The notes under the pieces were generated by a model. The model ran no database searches, was not told the DNA's origin, and worked only from the letters and a program-made list of their open reading frames with translations. The position numbers and the translations under genes were made by a program. Shown here piece after piece: positions 38,155 through 47,758 of a stretch of 64,000 bases of DNA (positions are counted from its first letter, which is position 1; each line of letters starts with the position of its first letter). The stretch is taken from assembly GCA_016190215.1 (NCBI GenBank), contig JACPRA010000020.1, positions 12,868 to 76,867 on the forward strand, read 5' to 3'. This DNA is from Candidatus Omnitrophota bacterium (GTDB lineage: Bacteria; Omnitrophota; Gorgyraeia; Aquiviventales; Aquiviventaceae).

Positions 38155-39041
38155 CCGCAGCGCTCCGTGCGTACCACATGAATGGTCCAGGTGGGCGAAC
38201 CTTTGGCGCGAAGGCTGTCGGCGATCGTGCGGGCATGCGACTCATCGCGACAGAGACCGAAAACGGTTGGTCCGCTCCCTGACATCAGCACCACAGGACA
38301 TCCCGCCTCGTGAAGGCGGGACAGGATCGTCGCAATGAGAGGACAACGCCGGATCGCCACAGGCGTCAAATCATTGACCAATCCCTGAGCGAGCTCGCTG
38401 AGCGAGCCGTTGGACAAGGCGTGTGCAAGTATTTTAAGCGATCCCTCCGGCACTGTCAAGGCGGCCCCCGCCTGCGCGCAGTCCCAGTCGTCAAAGATGT
38501 CCTTCGTGGAGAGGGCCGTCGGCAGGGCCACCAGCACGTGCCACAGCGTCGGGACTCCGCGCAGCGGCTCGCACCGCTCGCCTCGGCCCCGTCCCACGGC
38601 CACGGCGGCCTCCTCGAGGAAAAAGGGCACGTCGCTGCCCAGTTGGGCCGCCAAAGGCTTGAGGCGCGCTCGCGACCACGACAACCCCCACAGATCGTTC
38701 AAGCCCAGCAGCGTCGTGGCGGCGTCTGAGGAGCCCCCGCCCAACCCGCCGGCCACCGGAATGCGCTTGGTCAAGCGGATCGCCGCCCCGGTTGAGACGC
38801 CGGCCGTCTGCTGCAACAGCTTGGCCGCCTTCAAGATCAGGTTATCCGGTCCAACGCTTAAGGTGGGATGATCCGTCGTCAGCGTCACAGTGGAATCGGG
38901 CCACGGCTCGAACGTCAGCTCGTCGGCGAGGTCAATGCGCTCAAACACCGTCTCCAACTCGTGATAGCCGTCAGGACGGCGTCCCACGATGCGCAGGTAG
39001 AGATTCAGCTTGGCAGGTGCTCTCAATTGAACCGGGGGCAT
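38145..39041 (-). CDS. ispE: 4-diphosphocytidyl-2-C-methyl-D-erythritol kinase
   Basis: APAKLNLYLRIVGRRPDGYHEL is the IspE N-terminus. The ATG directly follows the paralogue C stop (TAAATG). Confidence 0.85.
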   Translation of the reverse strand: MPPVQLRAPAKLNLYLRIVGRRPDGYHELETVFERIDLADELTFEPWPDSTVTLTTDHPTLSVGPDNLILKAAKLLQQTAGVSTGAAIRLTKRIPVAGGLGGGSSDAATTLLGLNDLWGLSWSRARLKPLAAQLGSDVPFFLEEAAVAVGRGRGERCEPLRGVPTLWHVLVALPTALSTKDIFDDWDCAQAGAALTVPEGSLKILAHALSNGSLSELAQGLVNDLTPVAIRRCPLIATILSRLHEAGCPVVLMSGSGPTVFGLCRDESHARTIADSLRAKGSPTWTIHVVRTERCGGE

Positions 39042-40223
39042 TTACCACGAGATCACAACCTTGCCTTTGGCGCCAGTGCCCCCGTCCGGGCCACCTCCCG
39101 CTCCCCCGCCACCAGGCGCGGCCCCCACCGCAGCCGTCGTGGCTCCGCCGGATCCGCCATTGCCGCCATCGCCGCCTCGACCGCCGGAGCCGGCCACTGG
39201 CGTATCGCCCTGGGCTCCTGCTTGGCCTGAAATCGCCAAGGTCAGCGTACTACTCCCTCCCTGGCCGGCCCCTGAGCAGGTGGTACTGCACCCGTTTTTC
39301 CCTCCACCACCACCGGTCGCGTTATACGAGATCCCTTGTCCGGAAAATGTGCTCGAGCCGCCGGTGCACCCGTACCCGCCACATGCCGCTCCGCCTGCTC
39401 CGCCCGCTCCAACCACCACCGTATATGAGGCTCCGGAGATGACCGGCACAATCCCCTTGCCGTATCCTCCGCCTCCTCCCCCGGCGCCTGGCGTCCAACA
39501 ACACACGGCATTCCCGCCTCCGCCGCCCGCCCCCCACATCTCCAGCACAATCTGGGGCACATCCGCCGGAGCGATAAACGTATAGGTGCCTGCCGTGTCA
39601 TACGGTTGTATCCCATGCGGGAGGGCCCCGCCGGCGGATTTCCAACTCGTCCCATCATAGACTTCCAGTTGGTTCGAGTCCGTGTTATAGATGACCATCC
39701 CCTCCACCGGAGAGGTCACCGCGCTCGGGAGCAGCCGGGGCGGAAGGAAGCCGGAATTGGTCGAACGAATGTCCAGGGCGGCGGTCGGATTCGTCGTCCC
39801 AATGCCGACCTGGCCGTTGAGGAAAATGAGTGTGCTCGTGTCGCTGGTCCCGACGCGTAACGTATTGCCCTGCACCCGCAGCGCGTACCCTCCCGGATCG
39901 GTCGTCCCGATGGCGACATTGCCGTTACTATCGATCAAGAAGGGGCTCGTATCCCCGCTCGGAGCATCATCAATACGAAGGGTCGTTGTTCCGCCGCCGC
40001 CGACCACATACACGGCAGGATTGTTCAGATCGCCGATGACCTGCAATCGCGCGGCGGGCGAACTCGTCGTGCCGATCGCCACATCTCCGCTGGTGCGCAG
40101 CTCCTTATAGACGCCGCGGGGCGAGGGGTAGTACGTCGTGAGGGTCAAGTCTTCGGCGAGGGCGTAGGCGAGGGTGCCAAGAAGGATAACCAGAACCCAC
40201 CAGCCGCGGAGGCGTGAAGTCAT
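39042..40223 (-). CDS. Secreted Gly-rich protein with shared N-terminal module (paralogue C)
   Basis: The start MTSRLRGWWVLVILLGTLAYALAEDLTLTTYYPSPRGVYKELR is chosen by alignment to the other three paralogues. The body has the motif LPPRLLPSAVTSPVEGMVIYNTDSNQLEVYDGTSWK, then a Gly-rich domain (LEMWGAGGGGG ...), and ends GKVVISW. Confidence 0.75.
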   Translation of the reverse strand: MTSRLRGWWVLVILLGTLAYALAEDLTLTTYYPSPRGVYKELRTSGDVAIGTTSSPAARLQVIGDLNNPAVYVVGGGGTTTLRIDDAPSGDTSPFLIDSNGNVAIGTTDPGGYALRVQGNTLRVGTSDTSTLIFLNGQVGIGTTNPTAALDIRSTNSGFLPPRLLPSAVTSPVEGMVIYNTDSNQLEVYDGTSWKSAGGALPHGIQPYDTAGTYTFIAPADVPQIVLEMWGAGGGGGNAVCCWTPGAGGGGGGYGKGIVPVISGASYTVVVGAGGAGGAACGGYGCTGGSSTFSGQGISYNATGGGGGKNGCSTTCSGAGQGGSSTLTLAISGQAGAQGDTPVAGSGGRGGDGGNGGSGGATTAAVGAAPGGGGAGGGPDGGTGAKGKVVISW

Positions 40224-40230
40224 TGCGTGT

Positions 40231-40533
40231 TTATACCCACCCGAGTTTGCGCAGCCGAGGGATGGCGTCCAAATAGACCTGTGCGTCTCGACGCATGCCG
40301 ACTTTGACAACGAGCACGATCAGACGTTGGCGCTCGATCCGGTAAATCACGCGGTAGTCCTCAACCCGCAGCCGCCGATATCCCGCCAAGACGCCTCCCA
40401 ACGGTTTGCCGAACTCGGTCGGGGCCGCGGTCAATTTCTTCCGGAGGGCCTTGGTGATCTGCAGGCGAGCCTGCGGATCGAGCCGAGCCAAATCCTCTGT
40501 CCAGACGAGTGGATGAATCTCAACCTGCCACAT
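40231..40533 (-). CDS. relE: Type II toxin RelE/ParE family
   Basis: 100 aa. GYRRLRVEDYRVIYRIERQRLIVLVVKVGMRRD is the RelE/ParE core. It follows the Phd gene. Confidence 0.75.
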   Translation of the reverse strand: MWQVEIHPLVWTEDLARLDPQARLQITKALRKKLTAAPTEFGKPLGGVLAGYRRLRVEDYRVIYRIERQRLIVLVVKVGMRRDAQVYLDAIPRLRKLGWV

Positions 40534-40539
40534 CCAGGG

Positions 40540-40830
40540 TTAGGAATGCCGCAGGCCCACTCGCCGTTCCAGCTCTTCCAAGCTCAGGTAGGATTTCACC
40601 GGATGGCGCTGCTCGCGTTCTTTCGCCAACAACCCCAGCAGGTACTCTTCCAGCGCATCCAAGGTGGCTTCCGTGCGCTCATATCGCTGGATGGGCACCA
40701 ACACCGCAATCGGCCGATGGTGTTTTTCGAGAATGACGGATTCCCTCTGCGCCACTTTCACAATTTCCTCCGCGTGGGTGCGCAACTCCGAGATCCCCAC
40801 GAGCGTCGTATCCCCTTTAATCTGCCGCAT
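40540..40830 (-). CDS. Type II antitoxin Phd/YefM family
   Basis: 96 aa. ISELRTHAEEIVKVAQRESVILEKHHRPIAVLVPIQRYE is the Phd/YefM pattern. It lies 7 nt upstream of relE. Confidence 0.75.
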   Translation of the reverse strand: MRQIKGDTTLVGISELRTHAEEIVKVAQRESVILEKHHRPIAVLVPIQRYERTEATLDALEEYLLGLLAKEREQRHPVKSYLSLEELERRVGLRHS

Positions 40831-40913
40831 CGTCCCTCCTGTTCCTCACCAGCACAAGCCTATCATATGACTATTTAATTGTCAAATTAATTGTCAATCG
40901 TATTCTCTCTCGC

Positions 40914-42158
40914 TCACCACGTGATCGCGACTCGGCCCGGGGCGCCATCCCCACCATCATATCCACTCACCACCGATGGATGCGCACCGCCACCACCTCC
41001 CCCACCGCCGGGAGCGTCGCCATTCGCCCCTGCATTCTGAGGCGCTCCCCCGCGACCACCGGTACCACCGTTGCCACCACTTCCGCCACTACCGCCTTTG
41101 GGAGGAATGTTTTGAGAAATGCACGCAGCATTTTCTCCCCACTGACCGGAGACACTCATGTATTCACTACTCCCGCCACCACGACCGCCATAGATCACAC
41201 CGCTCTCCGTGCTGCCTCCGGTCGCTAAGACCGTGCCGAATGCTTGGCTCGCAACAGTACTCGAGCCTCCAGCCGTCGCAGCCCACTCACCCTGAGCGAT
41301 GCCGCCCTGCCCTCCTGCCCCGACGGTGACGGTGATCGGATAGGAGGCTACGTCGGGCGTCACAGCCACCACCCGCTTTCCATATCCTCCTCCCCCGCCC
41401 CCTCCACCACCACAGGCTACCAACACCCCACCACTCATATACGAGTTCGCGTAGCTTCCACCCGCCCCCGCACCCCATGCTTCTATCTGGATGCTGGATA
41501 CATCTGGCGGAATCAGAAACGTGTTAGAACCGGGGCTAGTAAAGACTTCCATCCCGTGCGCCGATGGCGGCGGAGGTGGGGGCGGCGGAGTGCCGCCGCA
41601 TGGCCAGACCACGCTGCCACAGGCTTCCAGCTGATTCGTGTCGGTGTTGTAGACCACCAACCCCTCGGCTGGAGTGAGAATTGCATCCCGCTGGCTCGTC
41701 GTCATCCGGGGAGGCAACAATCCTTGAGTGACGGACGAGATTTCGACGGCCGCGGAAGCAGTGGGACTCGTTGTTCCGATCCCCACCTGCCCTGCCGTAG
41801 TCACGAGCAGGCCGGGGGGCCTGCACTCCTGGTTATCGAGGGAGAGGTCCGCGTCCTCGTCATACCAGGCGGTCCCGGCGGGGCAGGGGCCGGTCACACC
41901 CCCCACCTCTGTCGGGTTTGTCGCCGGGGCACCGGCCACGACCAACCGGTGCGGAATCAGCTGGGCTGAGGTGTCGGTGGGGCGCTGGCCGCCAATGGCG
42001 ACCATCTCGGTGGCGCGCAGGTCCGTCGTGCGCAGCGACTGATAGACCCCCCGCGGCGAGGGGTAGTACGTCGTGAGGGTCAAGTCTTCGGCGAAGGCGT
42101 AGGCGAGGGTGCCCACCAACAGAACAGCCACGATCCAACCGTTCAGGCGCGGAGACAC
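40914..42158 (-). CDS. Secreted Gly-rich protein with shared N-terminal module (paralogue D)
   Basis: Has a signal peptide then AEDLTLTTYYPSPRGVYQSLR. The first third resembles paralogue A (GPCPAGTAWYDEDAD). It then has LPPRMTTSQRDAILTPAEGLVVYNTDTNQLE, a P8 stretch, a Gly-rich domain, and ends GRVAITW. Confidence 0.8.
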   Translation of the reverse strand: MSPRLNGWIVAVLLVGTLAYAFAEDLTLTTYYPSPRGVYQSLRTTDLRATEMVAIGGQRPTDTSAQLIPHRLVVAGAPATNPTEVGGVTGPCPAGTAWYDEDADLSLDNQECRPPGLLVTTAGQVGIGTTSPTASAAVEISSVTQGLLPPRMTTSQRDAILTPAEGLVVYNTDTNQLEACGSVVWPCGGTPPPPPPPPSAHGMEVFTSPGSNTFLIPPDVSSIQIEAWGAGAGGSYANSYMSGGVLVACGGGGGGGGGYGKRVVAVTPDVASYPITVTVGAGGQGGIAQGEWAATAGGSSTVASQAFGTVLATGGSTESGVIYGGRGGGSSEYMSVSGQWGENAACISQNIPPKGGSGGSGGNGGTGGRGGAPQNAGANGDAPGGGGGGGGAHPSVVSGYDGGDGAPGRVAITW

Positions 42159-42188
42159 GTGCCCTCTCTGGTTGACAGGTGGAACGTC

Positions 42189-43148
42189 TTACGTTTTGGA
42201 GCTGCACGCATGCGATTTCGCGCGCAGCAGGTCTTTTGCGGCCGTGACCAGATCGTCGGGCATGAGATGGAACGCTTTCAGCAGCTCGGCCGGATCGCCG
42301 GAGGTGCCGAAGCGGTCCATGACGCCGACCATCCGCATCGGCACCGGGTGTTGCTGCGCCACCACCTCCGCGACGGCGCCGCCCAACCCGCCCAGGATTG
42401 TGTGCTCTTCGGCAGTAACAATCGCCCCAGTCTCGCGGGCGGCGGAGAGGATGGCGGCCTGGTCAATCGGCTTGATGGTGTGCAGGTTCAATACGCGCGC
42501 CTCGACACCCTCGCGCGCCAACTGCGCGGCGGCCTCCAGGGCGTGGGAGACGAGGACGCCGCACGCGATAAAGGTGAGGTCCTGCCCGGCGCGAAGCTGG
42601 TTGGCCTTGCCGATGATGAAGGGGTCCTCGGGCTTGGTCAGCTCCGGCACCGGGTTGCGGCCCAGGCGCAGATAGACCGGACCCGGATAGGCCGCGGCCG
42701 CGATGGTGGCTTTCTTGGCTTCTAATGCATCGCACGGGGAGATCACCGTCATGAACGGCAGGCAGCGCAGATGGGCGAACTCTTCCAGGGCTTCCGCGGT
42801 GGCGCCATCTGCCCCGACGGAGAGCCCGCCGTGCGAGCCGGCCATCTTGACGTTGAGCCGCTGGTAGCAGACCGCCATGCGCATCTGCTCCAGCCCCTTG
42901 CCGACGAGAAACTGGGAGAAGGAGCAAGCGAAGGGCAGCTTGCCCGCCATCGCCAAGCCGGCGGCGGTGCCCACGAGGTCTTGCTCCGCGATGCCGACCG
43001 AGAAGAAGCGGTCCGGAAACTGCTGCTTGAACCAGATGGCGCGGGCGGAATCTTCCAAGTCGCCGGAGAGGGCGACCACGTTGGGGTTGGTCTTCCCCAG
43101 CTCCACCAAGCCTTCGCCAAATCCGTCGCGCGTGGGTTTATTTGCCAT
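42189..43148 (-). CDS. tkt: Transketolase, C-terminal subunit (split transketolase)
   Basis: Has the pyrimidine-binding and C-terminal domains (FFSVGIAEQDLVGTAAGLAMAGKLPF). Confidence 0.8.
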   Translation of the reverse strand: MANKPTRDGFGEGLVELGKTNPNVVALSGDLEDSARAIWFKQQFPDRFFSVGIAEQDLVGTAAGLAMAGKLPFACSFSQFLVGKGLEQMRMAVCYQRLNVKMAGSHGGLSVGADGATAEALEEFAHLRCLPFMTVISPCDALEAKKATIAAAAYPGPVYLRLGRNPVPELTKPEDPFIIGKANQLRAGQDLTFIACGVLVSHALEAAAQLAREGVEARVLNLHTIKPIDQAAILSAARETGAIVTAEEHTILGGLGGAVAEVVAQQHPVPMRMVGVMDRFGTSGDPAELLKAFHLMPDDLVTAAKDLLRAKSHACSSKT

Positions 43149-44001
43149 GAGCCGTCAGCGCCTCCGCCTGGACGTCCAGTTCCTTCAACGCGCGGGCCAA
43201 TTCGTCCGGCTTCGGCGCCACCCCGTGCCAGGCGTGATTGTTCTCCATGAAGGAAATGCCTTTCCCTTTTACCGTCCGGGCGATGACGACCTGCGGCTTG
43301 CCCTTCACCGCCGCCGCCTCGTCGTACGCCCGCAGCACCTGCGTGATGTCGTGGCCGTCAATCTCGATGACATGCCAGCCGAAGGCCCGCCATTTGTCCG
43401 CCAGCGGCTCGATGTCCTGGATCTGCTTGACCGGGCCGTTCTGCTGCAGCCCATTGGCGTCCACGATGCCGCAGACGCGGTCCAGCTTGTGATGATGGGA
43501 CGTCATTGCCGCTTCCCAGACCTGGCCTTCCTGCAGTTCTCCGTCGCCCATGATGCAAAACACCCGGCGCGTCCGGCCGTCCAGCCGGTCGGCCAGCGCG
43601 ATGCCATTGGCCATGGACAATCCTTGTCCCAGCGAGCCGGAGGACATCTCGATGCCGGGGAGCGATCCGCGCTCCGGGTGCCCCTGCAGGCGCGTGGGAT
43701 AGCGGCGCAGGGTCGCCAGCTCCTCCTTCGGGAAATAGCCGCGCCAGGCCAGCACGGTGTAGAGCGCCGGGCAGCCGTGCCCCTTGGAGAGCAGGCACAG
43801 GTCGCGCTCCGCCCAATCGGGCCGGGCGGGATCATGCCGCAGCGCGTGCCAAAACAGCCCCACGAGAATCTCGACCATCGAGAGTGACCCGCCGGGGTGG
43901 CCGCTGCCGGCCGTGGCGATGGTGCGCAGGATGTCGCGCCGCAGGTCCACAGCCAACCGGCGCAATGCCGCCGCGTCCGGCGTCTTCACAGCAGGCGTCA
44001 T
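43138..44001 (-). CDS. tkt: Transketolase, N-terminal subunit (split transketolase)
   Basis: Has the TPP-binding domain (GSGHPGGSLSMVEILVGLF ... GDGELQEGQVWEA). Confidence 0.8.
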   Translation of the reverse strand: MTPAVKTPDAAALRRLAVDLRRDILRTIATAGSGHPGGSLSMVEILVGLFWHALRHDPARPDWAERDLCLLSKGHGCPALYTVLAWRGYFPKEELATLRRYPTRLQGHPERGSLPGIEMSSGSLGQGLSMANGIALADRLDGRTRRVFCIMGDGELQEGQVWEAAMTSHHHKLDRVCGIVDANGLQQNGPVKQIQDIEPLADKWRAFGWHVIEIDGHDITQVLRAYDEAAAVKGKPQVVIARTVKGKGISFMENNHAWHGVAPKPDELARALKELDVQAEALTAHGK

Positions 44002-45500
44002 GGCACTTTCACCTCGCGAGCTCGTTGATCCGTCAACATGTCCAGTTTATACCGCACCAGGTCCAATGTCGCATCCAGTTCCAGGGCTGTGCGCCAGGCC
44101 GCTTGCGCGCGGGCCGTATCACCGCGCCGGGCGTAGGCGTCGCCTAGGTGCTCGAAGATGGTCGGGTCCGTCTCCAACAGCTCGGCCGCCCGCTCCAACT
44201 GCCGGATCGCTTCCGGCAGGTTGCCCATCTTGAAATATGCCCAGCCTAAACTATCCACGTAGGCGCCGTTGTCCGGGTCAATGGCCAGGGCGCGCTCGAC
44301 CAGCGCTTTCGCCTGCGGCAGGTTGATCCCCTCGTCAATATCGAGGTAGCCGAGGTAGTTCAGCGCGTCCGCGTGCGAGGGCTCCAGCTCCACGGTCTGC
44401 TGCAGCTCTCGGCGCGCCTCCGCGTGGCGCCCCATCCGGTCCAATTGGACCCCGCAGTAAAAGTGCGCGGTGGCGGACGCGCCCTGTAACGCCACTGCTT
44501 GTTCGAACGCCCGGAGGGCTTCAAGCGGAGCATCGGCTTCCTGGTACAGTAAGCCGAGGATGAGGTACAGCTCCGTGCGCCGGCCCGAGATGCTCAACTG
44601 GTGCGCCAGCAAGGTTTGCGCCGGCCCGAATTTCCGCTGCGCGATCCACGCGTGCACCAGGCCGTTGACCGCTTCGAGGTCTTTGGGCGCCAAATCCAGA
44701 ATGGCCTGGTAATCCGCCACCGCCTCCGGCCAGCGTTGCTGCGCGGCGTACACGCGGGCCGCGTGCGGATAGACCCGCGGGTTGAGCGGGTCGAGGCGAA
44801 TCGCCTCTTCGTACTGCCGCACCGCCTCGTCCGGATGCTGCCTGATCTCGTGGGTCAGGCCCAGCGCCACGCGCATGTCGGCGGAGTCGGGAGACAGCTC
44901 CACCGCCCGAGACAGCTCCTGCACCGCGCGCTCAAACTGGTTCAGCCGGCCGTACAGCACCCCGAGATTGAAATGTAATTGCGCTGAGGCATCGTCGTGC
45001 TGCGCGAGCTGCTCATAGAGGCTCACCGCTTGCGTGAGGTCGCCTTGGAGCACGTACAGGTCCGCCAGGGCGCTCAACAGGAACTGATCGGCCGGCTCCT
45101 GCTCCAGCAATTGCTGGTACGCGCGGATCGCCCCCTCGATGTTCCCCTGCGACGTCTGGAGCATCGCGATCCAGCGCCAAGCGTCGCGGTTCGTCGGGTC
45201 CGACGCCAGGGCGCGCTGAAAGCTCTTCAGGGCCTGCTCAGGCTGGCCGAGGCGGACTTGCGTCGCGCCGATGCGGACGTGCAAAAACGGCGAGCGCGCG
45301 TCGCGCTCCGCCGCCTGCTCATACGCCTTCAGCGCATCCGGAAGCTCCGAGGAGCGCTCCAGCATCAACCCGCGCAGATACAGGCCGAGGGCGGCGCGCT
45401 GGCTTTCAGGATGGCGGCGGATCGGCTGGCCCGCGCACCCTTGCGCCAGCACGAGCGCGACCGCGCCGACGATCCATGGCGTGCGTGATGCAGTGCTCAC
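43998..45500 (-). CDS. TPR-repeat lipoprotein
   Basis: Has a lipobox LAQGC and more than 10 TPR units. The stop overlaps the tkt start (ATGA). Confidence 0.65.
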   Translation of the reverse strand: MSTASRTPWIVGAVALVLAQGCAGQPIRRHPESQRAALGLYLRGLMLERSSELPDALKAYEQAAERDARSPFLHVRIGATQVRLGQPEQALKSFQRALASDPTNRDAWRWIAMLQTSQGNIEGAIRAYQQLLEQEPADQFLLSALADLYVLQGDLTQAVSLYEQLAQHDDASAQLHFNLGVLYGRLNQFERAVQELSRAVELSPDSADMRVALGLTHEIRQHPDEAVRQYEEAIRLDPLNPRVYPHAARVYAAQQRWPEAVADYQAILDLAPKDLEAVNGLVHAWIAQRKFGPAQTLLAHQLSISGRRTELYLILGLLYQEADAPLEALRAFEQAVALQGASATAHFYCGVQLDRMGRHAEARRELQQTVELEPSHADALNYLGYLDIDEGINLPQAKALVERALAIDPDNGAYVDSLGWAYFKMGNLPEAIRQLERAAELLETDPTIFEHLGDAYARRGDTARAQAAWRTALELDATLDLVRYKLDMLTDQRAREVKVP

Positions 45501-45592
45501 GACGAAGTATCCTCGCTCGATGTCAACAAAACGCCCTACGGGCCAAGGGGCTTGGCCCGTCGCCGTGCCTGGGCCAGCGCCCGAGGCGACCG

Positions 45593-45679
45593 CTACTTCT
45601 TATGCCGCAGCCGTCGGCGCAATTTCTTGCGCTTGTGGGTGCGGATTTTCTGCAGTTTTCGTTTCCGACCGCTTGGCAT
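45593..45679 (-). CDS. Small, extremely basic 28-aa protein (MPSGRKRKLQKIRTHKRKKLRRRLRHKK)
   Basis: Has a strong RBS GAGGTGAAT immediately before the ATG. The 28 residues are 60% Lys/Arg, like small ribosomal/RNA-binding peptides. No confident family assignment. Confidence 0.4.
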   Translation of the reverse strand: MPSGRKRKLQKIRTHKRKKLRRRLRHKK

Positions 45680-45689
45680 ATTCACCTCG

Positions 45690-45790
45690 ATTCGCTCGGT
45701 GGATGATAGATGACGGATGATTGATGACTGATGGACGGATGCCTTGCACATCCATCATCCATAATCCGTCATCCATCATGGTAGTTAATG
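45690..45790. repeat. GATGATGGATG-type palindromic element (family 3 relative)
   Basis: ggatgatagatgacggatgattgatgactgatggacggatgccttgcacatccatcatccataatccgtcatccatcatgg. It is self-complementary around gccttgca. Confidence 0.75.
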
Positions 45791-46750
45791 GATGACTTTG
45801 TTCAGCGGATATTCAATAATGTCTTGGGCGCCGGCGTCTTTCAAGGCGGGCACCAGGCGCTTGACCTGGTCTTCTTCGATGACCACTTCCACCGCCCACC
45901 AGGGATCGCCGCCGTTCTTCGACCACAGCTTCGAGACGGTGGGCCGCTTCATCGCCGGCAGCACGTCCATGACGCGGTTCAATTGCGTTTCCGGCACGTT
46001 GAGCTTCAGGCCCACCTTGCCTTCGGCCGCCACTGCCCCTTGCAGCAGCATGCAGAGGTGTTCGATCTTCCGGCGCTTCCAGGGGTCCGTGAGGGCGGCG
46101 TGATTGGCGATCAACTGGGTGGTGGACTCGCAAATGGTATCAACGATCCGCAGGCCGTTGGCAATGAGCGTCTGGCCGGGTTCGGTCAGCTCCACGATGG
46201 CGTGCACCAGCCCGGCGCGCACTTTGCCTTCCGTGGCGCCCCAGGAAAACTCGACGTCGGCGCTCACCCCGTGCCGGGCCAGGTATTGCTTGGTGACTTG
46301 GACCAGCTCGGTGGCGATGCGCTTGCCCTGGAGGTCCTTCACCGAGACGATCGCAGAGTCTTTCGGGACCGCCACGACCCAGCGTACCGCGCGGTTGGTG
46401 CGTTTGGCATAGCGCAGTTCCGTCACGCGCGCCACGTCGGAGCCGTTCTCGAGCACCCAATCGTTGCCGGTAATGCCGCAATCGAGCACGCCCTGCTCGA
46501 CGTAGCGGGCCATCTCCTGGGCGCGGAGCAGCATCGGCTCCAGCTCCGCATCGTCAATGCTGGGGGCATAGGACCGGTCGCTGATGGACACTTTGAATCC
46601 GGCCCGCTCGAACAGGCGGGCGGTCGCCTCCTGCAGGCTGCCCTTGGGCAGCCCCAGCTTGAGGCGCTGCGCGCCGCCTGCGGGGGCGGCGGAACGTCCG
46701 GTGGAGCGCGGCTGCGTGCCGCGGGCGCGAGTCGAGCGTTTGGCGGTCAT
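45785..46750 (-). CDS. hisG: ATP phosphoribosyltransferase, long form
   Basis: [23 protein letters not shown] and a C-terminal regulatory domain. The N-terminal 29 aa of the ORF are an unusual extension, so the true start may be a downstream non-ATG codon. Confidence 0.75.
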   Translation of the reverse strand: MTAKRSTRARGTQPRSTGRSAAPAGGAQRLKLGLPKGSLQEATARLFERAGFKVSISDRSYAPSIDDAELEPMLLRAQEMARYVEQGVLDCGITGNDWVLENGSDVARVTELRYAKRTNRAVRWVVAVPKDSAIVSVKDLQGKRIATELVQVTKQYLARHGVSADVEFSWGATEGKVRAGLVHAIVELTEPGQTLIANGLRIVDTICESTTQLIANHAALTDPWKRRKIEHLCMLLQGAVAAEGKVGLKLNVPETQLNRVMDVLPAMKRPTVSKLWSKNGGDPWWAVEVVIEEDQVKRLVPALKDAGAQDIIEYPLNKVIH

Positions 46751-47026
46751 GAATGTGAGTGTGCAGGTGCCGGGCCGTCGAGCGCGGCCGGTGTCACAGA
46801 AAGTGCATTATATCGTAGAGGGCGCGCTGGTGTCAACGCGCTGACGCTTGGTTGGCGGGTCCTGCCGCCTCATCTATCCGGTGACCGAGCCGCCATCGAG
46901 GCGGCGACGGTCATGTCGCACGCGGAGGTGCGTGCGACGCTCCGGCGTCACCCGCCAACTTAACCCTTCGCTGGCGCGAAGGGAGGGTTGAAGGGGAAAA
47001 GAGAATACGGTACGATACCTCACACT

Positions 47027-47734
47027 ATGTTCAAAAAATTACTGCATTCGAAATCGGTGCAGCGGCGGGCGGCGTGGATTCTCATCATCATGCTGGTGCC
47101 CCCCTTCATTCTCTTCTTCAACACGTGGATGGGCGGTACCGCGCTCACCGGCGGCGAAACGGCGGGCGTCGTGTTCGGGCGGCACGTCCCGCTGAGCGAG
47201 TTTCAGGAAGAATACGCGCGGCTGCGCCAGCGGCTGGAGGACGAGGTCGGTCCGGTGCCGGAGGTGCTGGAGCCCTGGCTGCGCGATCAGACCTGGGACC
47301 GGCTGATCCTGCAGGCGGAAGCTAAGCGGCGCGAGAAGGTCAGCGACCAGGAGCTGGCGGAGTTCATCCGGAATCAGCCGGCGTTCCAGCGGGATGGCCG
47401 CTTCATGCCGGAGATCTACCACCAGTTCATCGCCTCGCGCGGCATGACGCCCGCGCGGTTCGAAACCCGGCTCCGGAATGAGCTGCGCATCACCAAGCTC
47501 GTCAACTCGGCAACGGCGTCCGTGCAGATGTCCGATGAGGAGTTACGGCGCGCCTGGGAAGAGGACCGCCCGGCGTCGGACGACGCGGAGTTTGCGCACG
47601 AGAAAGAGGCCTTCCGGACCGCCGCGCTCGGCGGGAAACAGCAACTGCGCTTCCACGAGTGGCTCACGCAACTGCGCGAGCGCGCCCACCTGAAGAATCT
47701 TCTGCCGCCGGCCCCGCTGTCGGCGGCCCCGTAA
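47027..47734 (+). CDS. SurA N-terminal domain / PpiD-like periplasmic chaperone fragment-type protein
   Basis: Has an N-terminal TM anchor followed by a SurA_N-like helical region. The start at the ATG 47027 is uncertain; a TTG lies at 46988. Confidence 0.45.
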   Translation: MFKKLLHSKSVQRRAAWILIIMLVPPFILFFNTWMGGTALTGGETAGVVFGRHVPLSEFQEEYARLRQRLEDEVGPVPEVLEPWLRDQTWDRLILQAEAKRREKVSDQELAEFIRNQPAFQRDGRFMPEIYHQFIASRGMTPARFETRLRNELRITKLVNSATASVQMSDEELRRAWEEDRPASDDAEFAHEKEAFRTAALGGKQQLRFHEWLTQLRERAHLKNLLPPAPLSAAP

Positions 47735-47758
47735 CCCAACCGCCGGCGCGCCCCGCCG

